Assembly: GCF_000025505.1 (NCBI RefSeq)
Contig: NC_013849.1
Span: 1,560,001 to 1,592,000 of the forward strand
DNA from: Ferroglobus placidus DSM 10642
Lineage (GTDB): Archaea; Halobacteriota; Archaeoglobi; Archaeoglobales; Archaeoglobaceae
DNA length: 32,000 nucleotides
Direction: 5' to 3'
Part shown: positions 1 through 8,119 of the stretch, piece by piece
How the letters are laid out: each line of letters starts with the position of its first letter
Numbering within the stretch: the first letter of the stretch is position 1
Made by a program: the position numbers and the translations under genes
Notes under the pieces: generated by a model
Seen by the model: only the letters and a program-made list of their open reading frames with translations
What the model was told of the DNA's origin: nothing
The model's database searches: none

Positions 1-362
1 TTAACGCCAACTTCATCTTTCGCTTTTGAGATGTCCTCCATTATTCTTTCAAGCTTCTCGATTTCAAAGCCTTCTTGGACTATCAAACTCAAACTCATAT
101 AGCTCGGCTTAGCTCCGACAACAGCAAGATCGTTGGCTGTGCCGCAAACAGCTAATGATCCGATGCTCCCTCCCCTAAACAGCGGAGGCTTGACGGTGTA
201 GCTGTCAGTGGTGAGAACGAAGTTTTCGGAAAAATCTGCGGAATCCTCCATGTCTTCGAGGGCTATTTCTCCAGCTTTCGACGAGATTTTTGGGAATACG
301 TACTTCTTCAAAAATTCTGACATGTATTTTCCACCGGCTCCGTCCTCCCTCCTGACGATCAT
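1..362 (-). CDS. hypE: Hydrogenase expression/formation protein HypE (N-terminal part, gene runs off the left edge)
   Basis: Manual minus-strand translation from ATG at 362: MIVRREDGAGGKYMSEFLKKYVFPKI...VLTTDSYTVKPPLFRGGSIGSLAVCGTANDLAVVGAKP, the typical HypE/AIR-synthase-like N-terminus. Start overlaps the hypF stop (ATGA). Not in the ORF track because it is truncated. Confidence 0.9.
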   Translation of the reverse strand, partial: MIVRREDGAGGKYMSEFLKKYVFPKISSKAGEIALEDMEDSADFSENFVLTTDSYTVKPPLFRGGSIGSLAVCGTANDLAVVGAKPSYMSLSLIVQEGFEIEKLERIMEDISKAKDEVGV

Positions 363-2596
363 TCTATCACCTTCAAAGCGTAAACTTGCCCGAGAGAAAT
401 CCCGTTGTCTCCGCACGCAACGAGCTCGTTCGTATAAAAATTTCTTCCTATCTCCTTCTGAAAGATAGAATTGTAAGCTACGCCTCCCGAAACTATGAGG
501 GGAGCTTCAAATTCCGAGGCTATTTCGCTCAAGCCTCTTGCGAGGTAACTCATAATTTGATACGCTATTTTTCCCCTTCTCTCTCCGCTCAGATACCTTT
601 TCAAAGCGTCTTCGAAAACTTCTCCTATTTTCAGAACTTTAACTTCTCCTCTCCTCCCTCTTCCGTCGAAAGGCGACGAAAATTTTGAGATTTCCCAAGA
701 GGTTTCTATAATCGGATCGTAGTAATTCTCGCTTTCTTCAGCTACCGCTTCGAGCTTCATAGCCGGCTCACCTTCGTAGGTTCTTTCAAAACAGATTTCG
801 AGCATCGCTGAAGCAGCGTCGAGAACTCTTCCGGCTGATGACGCTTCGACGACTCCGATCCTCTTTTTCAAAAGCTCCTCGAAAGTCTCGAAGCTCTCCC
901 CTTTCTTCAAATACTTCTCGTAATATTTTAGTTCCTCCCAGCTGCCGGTTTGAGAGTAAATTATCGAGAAGAGAACTCTGAGGGGTCTTTCGACAGCCAA
1001 GTCTCCTCCGAGGAGATGGATCGTTTCGAGCCTACCGACCCTTTCGAACTCCATTGAGTCGAGGTTTATGTAGAGAACTTCTCCACCCCATATTTTTCCG
1101 TCCATCCCGTAACCTACTCCATCAACAGCAATAGCGATTGCCTCATCAATCTTCTTCTCAGCCATAACGCTGAAGGCGTGAGCGAAGTGGTGCTGAACTT
1201 TCAAAACCTCCGCTCCTATCTCCTCTCCAAACTTTTCGGCGAAGATGGAGGTGTTGTACAGTGGGTGCATGTCAGCTACTACAAATTCCGGCTTAAGGTC
1301 GAGGTAGTTTTTGAAGTGGAACAACGCTCTTTTGAAAAATTCGTTGAAGGTTTTGAAGTTCGCGGTGTTGCCGATGTACTGACTCATAACGGCTTTTCCT
1401 TCCTTTAAAAAGCAGAGGGAGTTGTAAAGCTCTGCTCCAACAGCAACAGCTTCGGATTTGATGTCCAGCTCAATAGGTTCTGGAACGAATCCGCGAGATC
1501 TTCTTATGATCATTCTTCTCCCGTTGACGAACTTCACGACGCTGTCGTCAACTCTGTTCGCTATCCTCATGTTGTGATTCAAAAAAGCGTCGTAGGGAAC
1601 TTTAAGCTCTTCGAAACTCGTCGCCATCGGCTCGCTGGGGAAGTTCGCAGAGGTCATAACAACGGCTTCAGCTTTTAAAAATTTGAAGAGAATGTAGTGC
1701 AAAGGTGTGTAGGGCAGCATTATCCCTATCGTATCGAGCTTTGGAGCCACAGCCTCAAGATCAACCCTCTTTTTACACACCAAAATCGGTCTTCTGAAAC
1801 TTTTAAGTTCTTCAATCTCCTCTTCGCTCAGCTCAGCAAGATTCTTTGCGGCTTCAATGTCTCTAACCATCACAGCAAACGGTTGCTGAGGGCGACGAAG
1901 TATCTTCCTAAGCTTCCAGACGATCTCGTTTTCGGTTAGGCAGGAGAGGTGTATTCCACCTATCCCTTTTATCGCAACGAAACTTCCGGAGTCTATCATT
2001 CTAGCCGCTTCTTTTACCGCTTCAACTCCGAAAACTCCCTTCGGCAAAAGCTCGTAGTTAGGACCGCAAGCTGGACAAGCTATGGACTGAGCGTAAAACC
2101 TTCTATCATCGGGATTTTCGTATTCTCTTCTGCAGTCCTCGCAAAGGGGGAATTCTGCGAGAGTAGTATTTTCCCTGTCGAAAGGCAGCCTTTCGGAGAC
2201 TGAAAACCTCTGACCGCAGGAAGTGCAAGTTGTGAATGGATAGAGATATCTTCTGTCCTTTTCGTCGAAAACCTCCTTCAGGCAGTCTTCGCATACGGCT
2301 ATATCTGGCGGAGGTAAGCTTAAAATTCCGGTCTTCCCTCCGCTTTCTATAATTTTAAAATCGTCGAAGAAGCCCTCGAACTTCTCAATTCTTATGTTTT
2401 CGATTTTTGCTCTATCCGGAATCTCCTTTTTAAGCCTTTCAACGAATTCTTCAACCTCTCTGTCAATGACTATCTCTACCGTCCCGTCTCCGCAGTTTTT
2501 CACGTATCCTCTTAACTTCATTTCCTTCGCGAGCCTGTAAACGAACGGACGAAAGCCCACTCCCTGCACAACTCCCGAAACGATTATCCTGAACAC
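359..2596 (-). CDS. hypF: Carbamoyltransferase HypF
   Basis: 745 aa. Acylphosphatase-like N-terminus (VSGVVQGVGFRPFVYRLA), paired zinc fingers (CEDCLKEVF..., CTSCGQRF, CEDCRREY, CPACGPNY), YrdC-like and Kae1-like domains (HHFAHAFSVMAE, GGVAYNSIF). GTG start. Confidence 0.95.
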   Translation of the reverse strand: MFRIIVSGVVQGVGFRPFVYRLAKEMKLRGYVKNCGDGTVEIVIDREVEEFVERLKKEIPDRAKIENIRIEKFEGFFDDFKIIESGGKTGILSLPPPDIAVCEDCLKEVFDEKDRRYLYPFTTCTSCGQRFSVSERLPFDRENTTLAEFPLCEDCRREYENPDDRRFYAQSIACPACGPNYELLPKGVFGVEAVKEAARMIDSGSFVAIKGIGGIHLSCLTENEIVWKLRKILRRPQQPFAVMVRDIEAAKNLAELSEEEIEELKSFRRPILVCKKRVDLEAVAPKLDTIGIMLPYTPLHYILFKFLKAEAVVMTSANFPSEPMATSFEELKVPYDAFLNHNMRIANRVDDSVVKFVNGRRMIIRRSRGFVPEPIELDIKSEAVAVGAELYNSLCFLKEGKAVMSQYIGNTANFKTFNEFFKRALFHFKNYLDLKPEFVVADMHPLYNTSIFAEKFGEEIGAEVLKVQHHFAHAFSVMAEKKIDEAIAIAVDGVGYGMDGKIWGGEVLYINLDSMEFERVGRLETIHLLGGDLAVERPLRVLFSIIYSQTGSWEELKYYEKYLKKGESFETFEELLKKRIGVVEASSAGRVLDAASAMLEICFERTYEGEPAMKLEAVAEESENYYDPIIETSWEISKFSSPFDGRGRRGEVKVLKIGEVFEDALKRYLSGERRGKIAYQIMSYLARGLSEIASEFEAPLIVSGGVAYNSIFQKEIGRNFYTNELVACGDNGISLGQVYALKVIE

Positions 2597-2616
2597 AGTT
2601 TGCTGAATAGATAAGG

Positions 2617-2627
2617 TTATATTTAAA
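2617..2627. promoter_or_regulatory. Candidate shared archaeal TATA element (ttatatttaaa) between hypF and hypA
   Basis: AT-rich near-symmetric element about 20 bp from both divergent GTG starts in a 47-bp intergenic gap. Confidence 0.45.
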
Positions 2628-2643
2628 GGTAGTTACTGAATTT

Positions 2644-2991
2644 GTGCACGAGTTCAGCTACGCACAAGCTTTAGTTGAAAACGCTTTGAGAATAGCGGAA
2701 AGCAAAAAGGCTAAGAAGGTGAAAAAAGTCGTTGTGGAAATCGGTTCTCTTCTTCTGATAAATCCCGAACAGCTGAGGTTTTGCTATGAGGTGATAACGA
2801 AAAATACTATCCTTGATGGGAGCGAGCTTGAAATAATAAACAGCGAAGCTCTTTTAATTTGCGAGAGTTGTGGGAGAAAATACAAGGAACTTACTTCTGT
2901 GTGCGAGTGCGGAGGGTTTTTAAAAGTGGAAAGTGGGGACGAATTCGTGCTCAGAAGAATTGTCATGGAGGTGGAGGATGCACAGAATTGA
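2644..2991 (+). CDS. hypA: Hydrogenase nickel insertion protein HypA
   Basis: 115 aa. N-terminal MHE nickel-binding motif (GTG start), zinc domain CESCGRKY...CECGG, followed by hypB, hypC, hypD. Confidence 0.9.
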   Translation: MHEFSYAQALVENALRIAESKKAKKVKKVVVEIGSLLLINPEQLRFCYEVITKNTILDGSELEIINSEALLICESCGRKYKELTSVCECGGFLKVESGDEFVLRRIVMEVEDAQN

Positions 2992-3637
2992 AGTTGAAGC
3001 TGAAGTGGATTTGCTGGCGGAAAACAAAAGACTGGCTGAGGAAAACAGGAAATTTTTCAAAGAGAAAGGTATTCTGGCTGTTAACATAATGGGAGCGATA
3101 GGGTCTGGAAAGACCCTGCTGATAGAGAAAACTATCGAGAGACTAAACGATCTTAAAGTGGGGGCAATTCTTGGTGATGTTGTTTGCAAGGCTGATTACG
3201 AAAGAGTTAGCAGGCACGGAATTAAGGCTGAGGCTATAAACACGGGAAAGGAGTGCCACCTCGACGCCCACCTCGTTCATCACAAAATTCGAAAGTTCGA
3301 GGACGTCGATATTTTGCTGATAGAAAACGTGGGCAACCTTATCTGTCCGGTTGATTTCGATCTCGGAGAGGACTTGAGGGTCGTGATGGTAAGCGTTACC
3401 GAGGGAGACGATGTCGTAGAAAAGCATCCGAAGATTTTTACGATAGCCGATGTCGTTATAATAAACAAGGTCAGGCTTGCAGAGTTCGTCGGGGCTGACG
3501 TAGAGAAAATGAAGAGGGACGTCGAAAAGCTTAATTCGAGAGCGAAGCTCATTTTAATGGATTTGAAAGAAGGAATCGGCTTGGAAGAGTGGATTAACTA
3601 CTTAAGGGATGAGTATGTGTCTCGCAATTCCGGCTAA
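2978..3637 (+). CDS. hypB: Hydrogenase nickel incorporation GTPase HypB
   Basis: Walker A GAIGSGKT, ILGDVVCKADYERV, GKECHLDAHLV, LLIENVGNLICPVDFDLGE, NKVRLAE. Start at ATG 2978 (MHRIEVEAEV...) is more plausible than the ORF-track start at 2933. Confidence 0.93.
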   Translation: MHRIEVEAEVDLLAENKRLAEENRKFFKEKGILAVNIMGAIGSGKTLLIEKTIERLNDLKVGAILGDVVCKADYERVSRHGIKAEAINTGKECHLDAHLVHHKIRKFEDVDILLIENVGNLICPVDFDLGEDLRVVMVSVTEGDDVVEKHPKIFTIADVVIINKVRLAEFVGADVEKMKRDVEKLNSRAKLILMDLKEGIGLEEWINYLRDEYVSRNSG

Positions 3638-3830
3638 AGTTCTCGAAATCGATTATCCCTTCGCCACCGTCAGCTTGGGAGGAGCGAAGAGGAAGGTAAG
3701 GGTCGATCTTCTCGAAGAAGTTAAGCCGGGGGATTACGTCCTCGTTCACGTAGGCTTAGCGATTCAGAAGGTTAGCGAGGAAGAAGTCAGGGAGATTGAG
3801 AGGCTATGGGAGGAGTTGTTGAGAGAATAG
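3615..3830 (+). CDS. hypC: Hydrogenase assembly chaperone HypC
   Basis: MCLAIPAKVLEIDYPFATVSLGG..., with the essential N-terminal Met-Cys. ORF extends to an ATG at 3609, but 3615 gives the canonical MCLAIP start. Confidence 0.93.
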   Translation: MCLAIPAKVLEIDYPFATVSLGGAKRKVRVDLLEEVKPGDYVLVHVGLAIQKVSEEEVREIERLWEELLRE

Positions 3831-4867
3831 TCCAAAAAATCAGGGAAGAGAGCAAAGAATTCGAGGAAGTTAAGATAATGCACCTCTGCGGAACCCACGA
3901 GGACACGGTATCGAGGTATAATATAAGAAGTCTGCTGCCGGAAAACGTTAAGCTTTTAGCCGGTCCGGGTTGTCCGGTTTGCATAATTCCAGACGAGGAT
4001 CTGCAAAAAGTTTTCCACCTTTTAGAGAAAGAAGACGTAATCTTAACGACTTTTGGCGACATGGCGAGAGTTCCTTTTGAGGGGAAGAGCCTTTTCCACT
4101 ACAGAGCGAAAGGGAAGGACGTAAGAATAGTTTACAGCGTTTTCGATGCATTGGAAATTGCGAAAAACGAAAGTAAGAATGTTGTTTTCTTCGCAATTGG
4201 ATTCGAGACGACAATGCCTTCCACAGCAGTCGCTGTTAAAGAAGCTCCCGAGAACTTCTTTATATTTTCAGCCCACCGCTTCTTCGTTCCGGCTATGGAG
4301 GCTTTAATGCCGAACAGCGAAATCGACGGCTACATAAACCCCGGACACGTTTCCACGATAGTCGGTGTAGTGGCTTACGAAAATTTAACGAAGTACGGAA
4401 TTCCAATGGTGATCTCCGGATTTGAGCCGGAAGACGTTCTTCTGTCGATTCTGATGCTGTTAAAAGCGATTAAAAACAGAGAACCCCTGCTCATGAACGA
4501 GTACGTTAGAGCAGTTAAATACGAGGGAAACGTGAAAGCCAAGGAAGTAATGAAAGAAGTTTTCGAAGCTGAAGACGGATCTTGGAGAGGTTTGGGCGTA
4601 ATTCCTAATTCAAAAGCCTCCCTTTCAAAAGCTTACGAGGATAGAGATGCGGAAAAGTTTTTCGAAGACGTTTTCGAGGACTTCGTTCCTAAGGAAGATA
4701 AGAGAAAGAGAAATTGCCTCTGCGGAGAGATTTTAAAGGGAAAAGCGTTTCCAACGGACTGCAAGCTCTTCATGAAGGCTTGCACGCCGAGAGATCCGAT
4801 AGGTTCTTGCATGGTCAGCTTCGAAGGAACCTGCAACATCTGGGCTAAGTACGGTAAAAGCTTATAA
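3806..4867 (+). CDS. hypD: Hydrogenase formation protein HypD
   Basis: 353 aa. MHLCGTHEDTV, LAGPGCPVCI, C-terminal Cys-rich [4Fe-4S] region CLCGEILKGKAFPTDCKLF...CMVSFEGTCNIWAKY. Confidence 0.95.
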   Translation: MGGVVERIVQKIREESKEFEEVKIMHLCGTHEDTVSRYNIRSLLPENVKLLAGPGCPVCIIPDEDLQKVFHLLEKEDVILTTFGDMARVPFEGKSLFHYRAKGKDVRIVYSVFDALEIAKNESKNVVFFAIGFETTMPSTAVAVKEAPENFFIFSAHRFFVPAMEALMPNSEIDGYINPGHVSTIVGVVAYENLTKYGIPMVISGFEPEDVLLSILMLLKAIKNREPLLMNEYVRAVKYEGNVKAKEVMKEVFEAEDGSWRGLGVIPNSKASLSKAYEDRDAEKFFEDVFEDFVPKEDKRKRNCLCGEILKGKAFPTDCKLFMKACTPRDPIGSCMVSFEGTCNIWAKYGKSL

Positions 4868-4901
4868 ATTTAGCCCACTAATTTTAGCTGAGGTAAGGAT
4901 C

Positions 4902-6059
4902 ATGAAGTTCTTTGCCATTGGCGTCGGACAGGCTGGAGGAAAAATTCTGGATAAATTCGTTGAGAACGAGAAATTGAGAGGCAGTAACACATTAAGAACT
5001 CTCGCCGTAAATACCGCAAGAACGGATTTAATGGGCTTAAAACACATTCCGATGAAAGACAGAATTCTGATTGGACAGACGACTGTGAAAGGGCATGGAG
5101 TTGGGACCGACAACAAGCTCGGAGCGAAGGTAATGCAGGAGGAAGTTGAGACCATTTTGAACGCTATAGATGAGAGAGGGACTCACGAAATCGACGCCTT
5201 TTTGATAATTGCCGGGCTTGGAGGAGGAACTGGAAGCGGAGGAGCTCCTGTTTTGGCGAAGTACCTTTCGGAAATGTACTCCGAGCCAGTTTATGCGGTT
5301 GGCGTCCTTCCCGCTCAGGAGGAGGGAAAACTTTACTCGTTAAATGCAGCGAGAAGCATGATAACATTGCTGAAATACGTGGACAACTTAATTCTCGTGG
5401 ACAACGGAGCTTGGAAGTTCGAGGGGTTGAGTTTGAGGGAGAGCTTTGAAAAGATAAACGAAGAGATCGTAAAAAGATTGGCTGTTTTGGCAAGGGCTGG
5501 GGAGCCAGTTGAAGAGGGCTTGGTAGGAGAAATGGTCGTCGACAGCTCCGAAGTAATAAACACACTAAAGGGTGGAGGAATTTCGTCGATAGGATACGCA
5601 ACTCTCGCTATTGAGGAGAAGAAAAGTGGATTACTCGGTTTTCTCAGGAAAAAGAAGGAGATCGTCGATGAAGGAGAGAAATCAATGAAGATAGCGACTC
5701 TCGTGAGAAAGGCAGCCCTCGGCAGGTTGACAATTCCGTGCAACATAAGAAGTGCGGAAAGAGCTTTAGTGCTCGTAGCAGGACCGCCCGAGCATCTCGA
5801 CAGAAAGGGGCTCGAAAAAGCCAAGCTGTGGCTTGAGGAGCAAATTGCCGGAGTTGAGGTTAGGGCTGGAGATTATCCGACGAGGAGAACGAAACACGTA
5901 GCTGCTCTCGTCGTTCTGGCTAACGTCACGGACGTTCCGCGAGTTAAAGAGTTGCAGAGGCTCGCTGCTGAGGCAAAAGAAGAAGTGGAAGTGGCTGAGA
6001 GGGAAAGGATTGAAAAGACGATTGAGCTGTTCGACGAGGACATAGAGCCGTTGCTTTAA
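4902..6059 (+). CDS. cetZ: CetZ/FtsZ3-type tubulin-superfamily GTPase
   Basis: 385 aa. N-terminal IGVGQAGGKILDKF, tubulin signature GLGGGTGSGGAPVLAKYL, NTART... nucleotide-binding core. Resembles the archaeal CetZ group more than FtsZ1/2. Confidence 0.75.
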   Translation: MKFFAIGVGQAGGKILDKFVENEKLRGSNTLRTLAVNTARTDLMGLKHIPMKDRILIGQTTVKGHGVGTDNKLGAKVMQEEVETILNAIDERGTHEIDAFLIIAGLGGGTGSGGAPVLAKYLSEMYSEPVYAVGVLPAQEEGKLYSLNAARSMITLLKYVDNLILVDNGAWKFEGLSLRESFEKINEEIVKRLAVLARAGEPVEEGLVGEMVVDSSEVINTLKGGGISSIGYATLAIEEKKSGLLGFLRKKKEIVDEGEKSMKIATLVRKAALGRLTIPCNIRSAERALVLVAGPPEHLDRKGLEKAKLWLEEQIAGVEVRAGDYPTRRTKHVAALVVLANVTDVPRVKELQRLAAEAKEEVEVAERERIEKTIELFDEDIEPLL

Positions 6060-6091
6060 CTTTTATTTTCGACAATATCGAATGCGTTTAG

Positions 6092-6687
6092 GTGAATTCG
6101 CAGAAACTCTTGCCGTTTGCTGTAATTTTTTTGGTCCTGAGCGCATTCTTGAACTACTACCCTCACCCACCTTTTCCTTCCTACTGCAGTTACACGGTCA
6201 GAATTTCTGCTGATGATAACACAACTTTAAAGCTCTACCTACCCTTGCCTGCGGACGAAAAAGGTGAAATCGTTCTTGAGAGGGAAAGTAAGTCGAGAAC
6301 TTTTCCCGACTCTTCCGATATTTTCAACTTCCTGAACAACGGGAGAATTGCTGAAACTGAAAAAGGTGCGATGTTGAGCTTTCGGATCCGTTTAACAATT
6401 CAATCGTGCTTAAACCGGCTGAAAGCGTAACGAAAACATTTGACGGCAGGGATCTGAGCGGGAACAGGGTGAGAATGTGGGATTATTACACGTGGGTTTA
6501 CAGGAAAAGCGATTCAAATCTGACTTTAGAATTCTACTACCAAGCCAGCACACCCTACAGCACGTGGAGAAGCCTACTCGGCTTCATTTTGCAGAACGGT
6601 CACTATGAAATAGAAGGAAAAGCGAAAATTCCGAAGGGAAATGGCTGGGTCAAAGTAAAACTGATGGTTAGGTCAGAGGAGTGGTAA
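6092..6687 (+). pseudogene. Small signal-anchored/secreted protein of unknown function interrupted by a probable single-base frameshift
   Basis: Frame-2 ORF 6092..6430 (MNSQKLLPFAVIFLVLSAFL...) and frame-1 ORF 6406..6687 read as one protein if shifted near 6361-6370 (...NGRIAETEKG|CDVELSDPFNNSIVLKPAESVTKTFDG...). Confidence 0.5.
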
Positions 6688-6746
6688 TTAAGAAGTAAAT
6701 ACTATCAACTGTAAAGCTTTAAATACATTTTTACGGTCATAAGTAT

Positions 6747-6974
6747 ATGGGGAATGTAAAAACGAGCTTTATTCTGCCGAGGGATCTGTATTCGGAACTG
6801 AAGAAGAGGGCGGCTGAAGAGGGGAGGACAGTAAAGGAAATCGTGATAGAAGCCATCTTGAGTTACCTGTCCTCTTCGGGCAAAAAATCGAGAATCAAAG
6901 AGCTTATCCTTAAACCTTCTGAGGGTGCGGGACCTGAAGATATGAGGGAGTTTCGGGGAGAAGACGTTGACTAA
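6747..6974 (+). CDS. Ribbon-helix-helix-type antitoxin (VapB-like)
   Basis: 75 aa. MGNVKTSFILPRDLYSELKKRAAEEGRTVKEIVIEAILSYL is RHH-like, and it overlaps the downstream PIN-domain gene. Confidence 0.75.
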   Translation: MGNVKTSFILPRDLYSELKKRAAEEGRTVKEIVIEAILSYLSSSGKKSRIKELILKPSEGAGPEDMREFRGEDVD

Positions 6975-7446
6975 AGCTTTCGTCGACACGGAAATCTGGA
7001 ACTTGGCGAAGAAAAAACCAGTGAGAGAGAAATTTAATTCCGAGTTGGAATATAAAAAGGCTTTAAAGATTCACGAGGCTTGCAGGAAGTTCTTCGAAGA
7101 GGACTTCGAGAAGTTGAAAGTTTACATGAGCCTGCATCAAATTGCCGAAATATTCCACGTCTTAGCTTTCAGAGGTCACAAAATTCCGCTAGATGAAGCG
7201 ATTGCGATTGTAGAGAGCATATTAGACGACGATAACATAGTAAAAGTCCCCGTACTTGCGGAACATCTTAAGGAAGCGTTCGAGGAGAGTAAAGAGACGG
7301 GCATTCACGTATGGGACTTTCTCTGCTTCATCCCCCTGAAAAATTACGTTGACGTAATCTATACCCTCGACAAGCATTTCGTAACGATCGGCAAAAGATA
7401 TGGCGTTGAAGTCGTGAACCCCGCTCGGGAATGGTTGAGAATTTAG
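6967..7446 (+). CDS. PIN-domain toxin/ribonuclease (VapC-like)
   Basis: 159 aa. Spaced acidic residues FVDTEIWN, HQIAEIFHVL, HVWDFLCFIPL, VDVIYTLDKHF. TTG start overlaps the antitoxin stop. Confidence 0.75.
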   Translation: MTKAFVDTEIWNLAKKKPVREKFNSELEYKKALKIHEACRKFFEEDFEKLKVYMSLHQIAEIFHVLAFRGHKIPLDEAIAIVESILDDDNIVKVPVLAEHLKEAFEESKETGIHVWDFLCFIPLKNYVDVIYTLDKHFVTIGKRYGVEVVNPAREWLRI

Positions 7447-7449
7447 TGG

Positions 7450-8060
7450 AAATTCGATTTTTCTTCGAAGCATCTTAGCAGCAACTTTACACTTGTAAAT
7501 TGATTTATTGAGGAGATAATCCTTTATCTTCGATTCGAAGCCATCTTGTTTCCTCTTCGTCGACTTAACGACTGGCAAAGCCTTTCCAAACGATTTCGTT
7601 CAGAACTTTTTTGGAGTCGAAAGCTCCATCTGCTAAGGTAAATCCTCTCTTCCGGAATTCTTTCAACAAATTCCTCTTCTGAGTTCTTTATATCAACAAG
7701 AACAGGATATAACTTTCTCCAACCCTAACGCAGACGAAGAGTTCGCTTTTTGTTTCAGCTTGATAATTTTGTAGAGCCCATTACTGTGTAGAGGCGCTCA
7801 ATTTAGCTCAAAACCAGTTTAGGTCTTTGAAAACTTCTTCTCTCAGATTTAAATGCTTTATTTCCCGTAATTGAGCATGGATTTCGGAAGTTATAGCTTC
7901 AGAGACTTTTTCACAAAAATTCAGAAGAGCGGAGGCTACAATTGAAATATTCCTTCAGAATTTTCGCTTTAATTTACAAGCTCGGGTATCTTTTCAGCAT
8001 CCTCGGTTCAAACCTCAACTCTGCAAACTTCTACGAGTTCTTAGCTGAATTAACAATATT
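7450..8060 (-). pseudogene. Decayed insertion-sequence transposase remnant (boundaries approximate)
   Basis: Minus-strand multi-frame reading gives transposase-like pieces separated by stops and frameshifts: ALLNFCEKVSEAITSEIHAQLREIKHLNLREEVFKDLNWF; GWRKLYPVLVDIKNSEEEFVERIPEERIYL; GFTLADGAFDSKKVLNEIVWKGF; PVVKSTKRKQDGFESKIKDYLLNKSIYKCK. Confidence 0.6.
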
Positions 8061-8119
8061 AAGTTAAGTTTTGAAAAACTACCCCAAATTTATTATACCC
8101 TCCTTTTTAAATTCAGCTG

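Noticed and set aside
386-2294. Small ORFs inside hypF (386..688, 1178..1408, 1697..1939, 1949..2203, 2106..2294)
   Set aside because: They lie in alternative frames of a strongly supported hypF gene and have low-quality, unrecognisable sequences.
5164-5824. Two minus-strand ORFs antisense to the cetZ gene
   Set aside because: Serine/proline/phenylalanine-rich antisense translations of a conserved gene, with no coding character.
7222-7578. Minus-strand ORF 7222..7578 as an independent gene
   Set aside because: Its C-terminal two-thirds is antisense to the PIN toxin. Only the N-terminal PVVKSTKRKQDGF part belongs to the transposase remnant.
7861-8067. Plus-strand reading MDFGSYSFRDFFTKIQKSGG... 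and LGYLFSILGSNLNSANFYEFLAELTILS as a separate decayed gene
   Set aside because: Broken by stops and a shift. The minus-strand reading fits a transposase remnant better. I could not confirm a plus-strand family.
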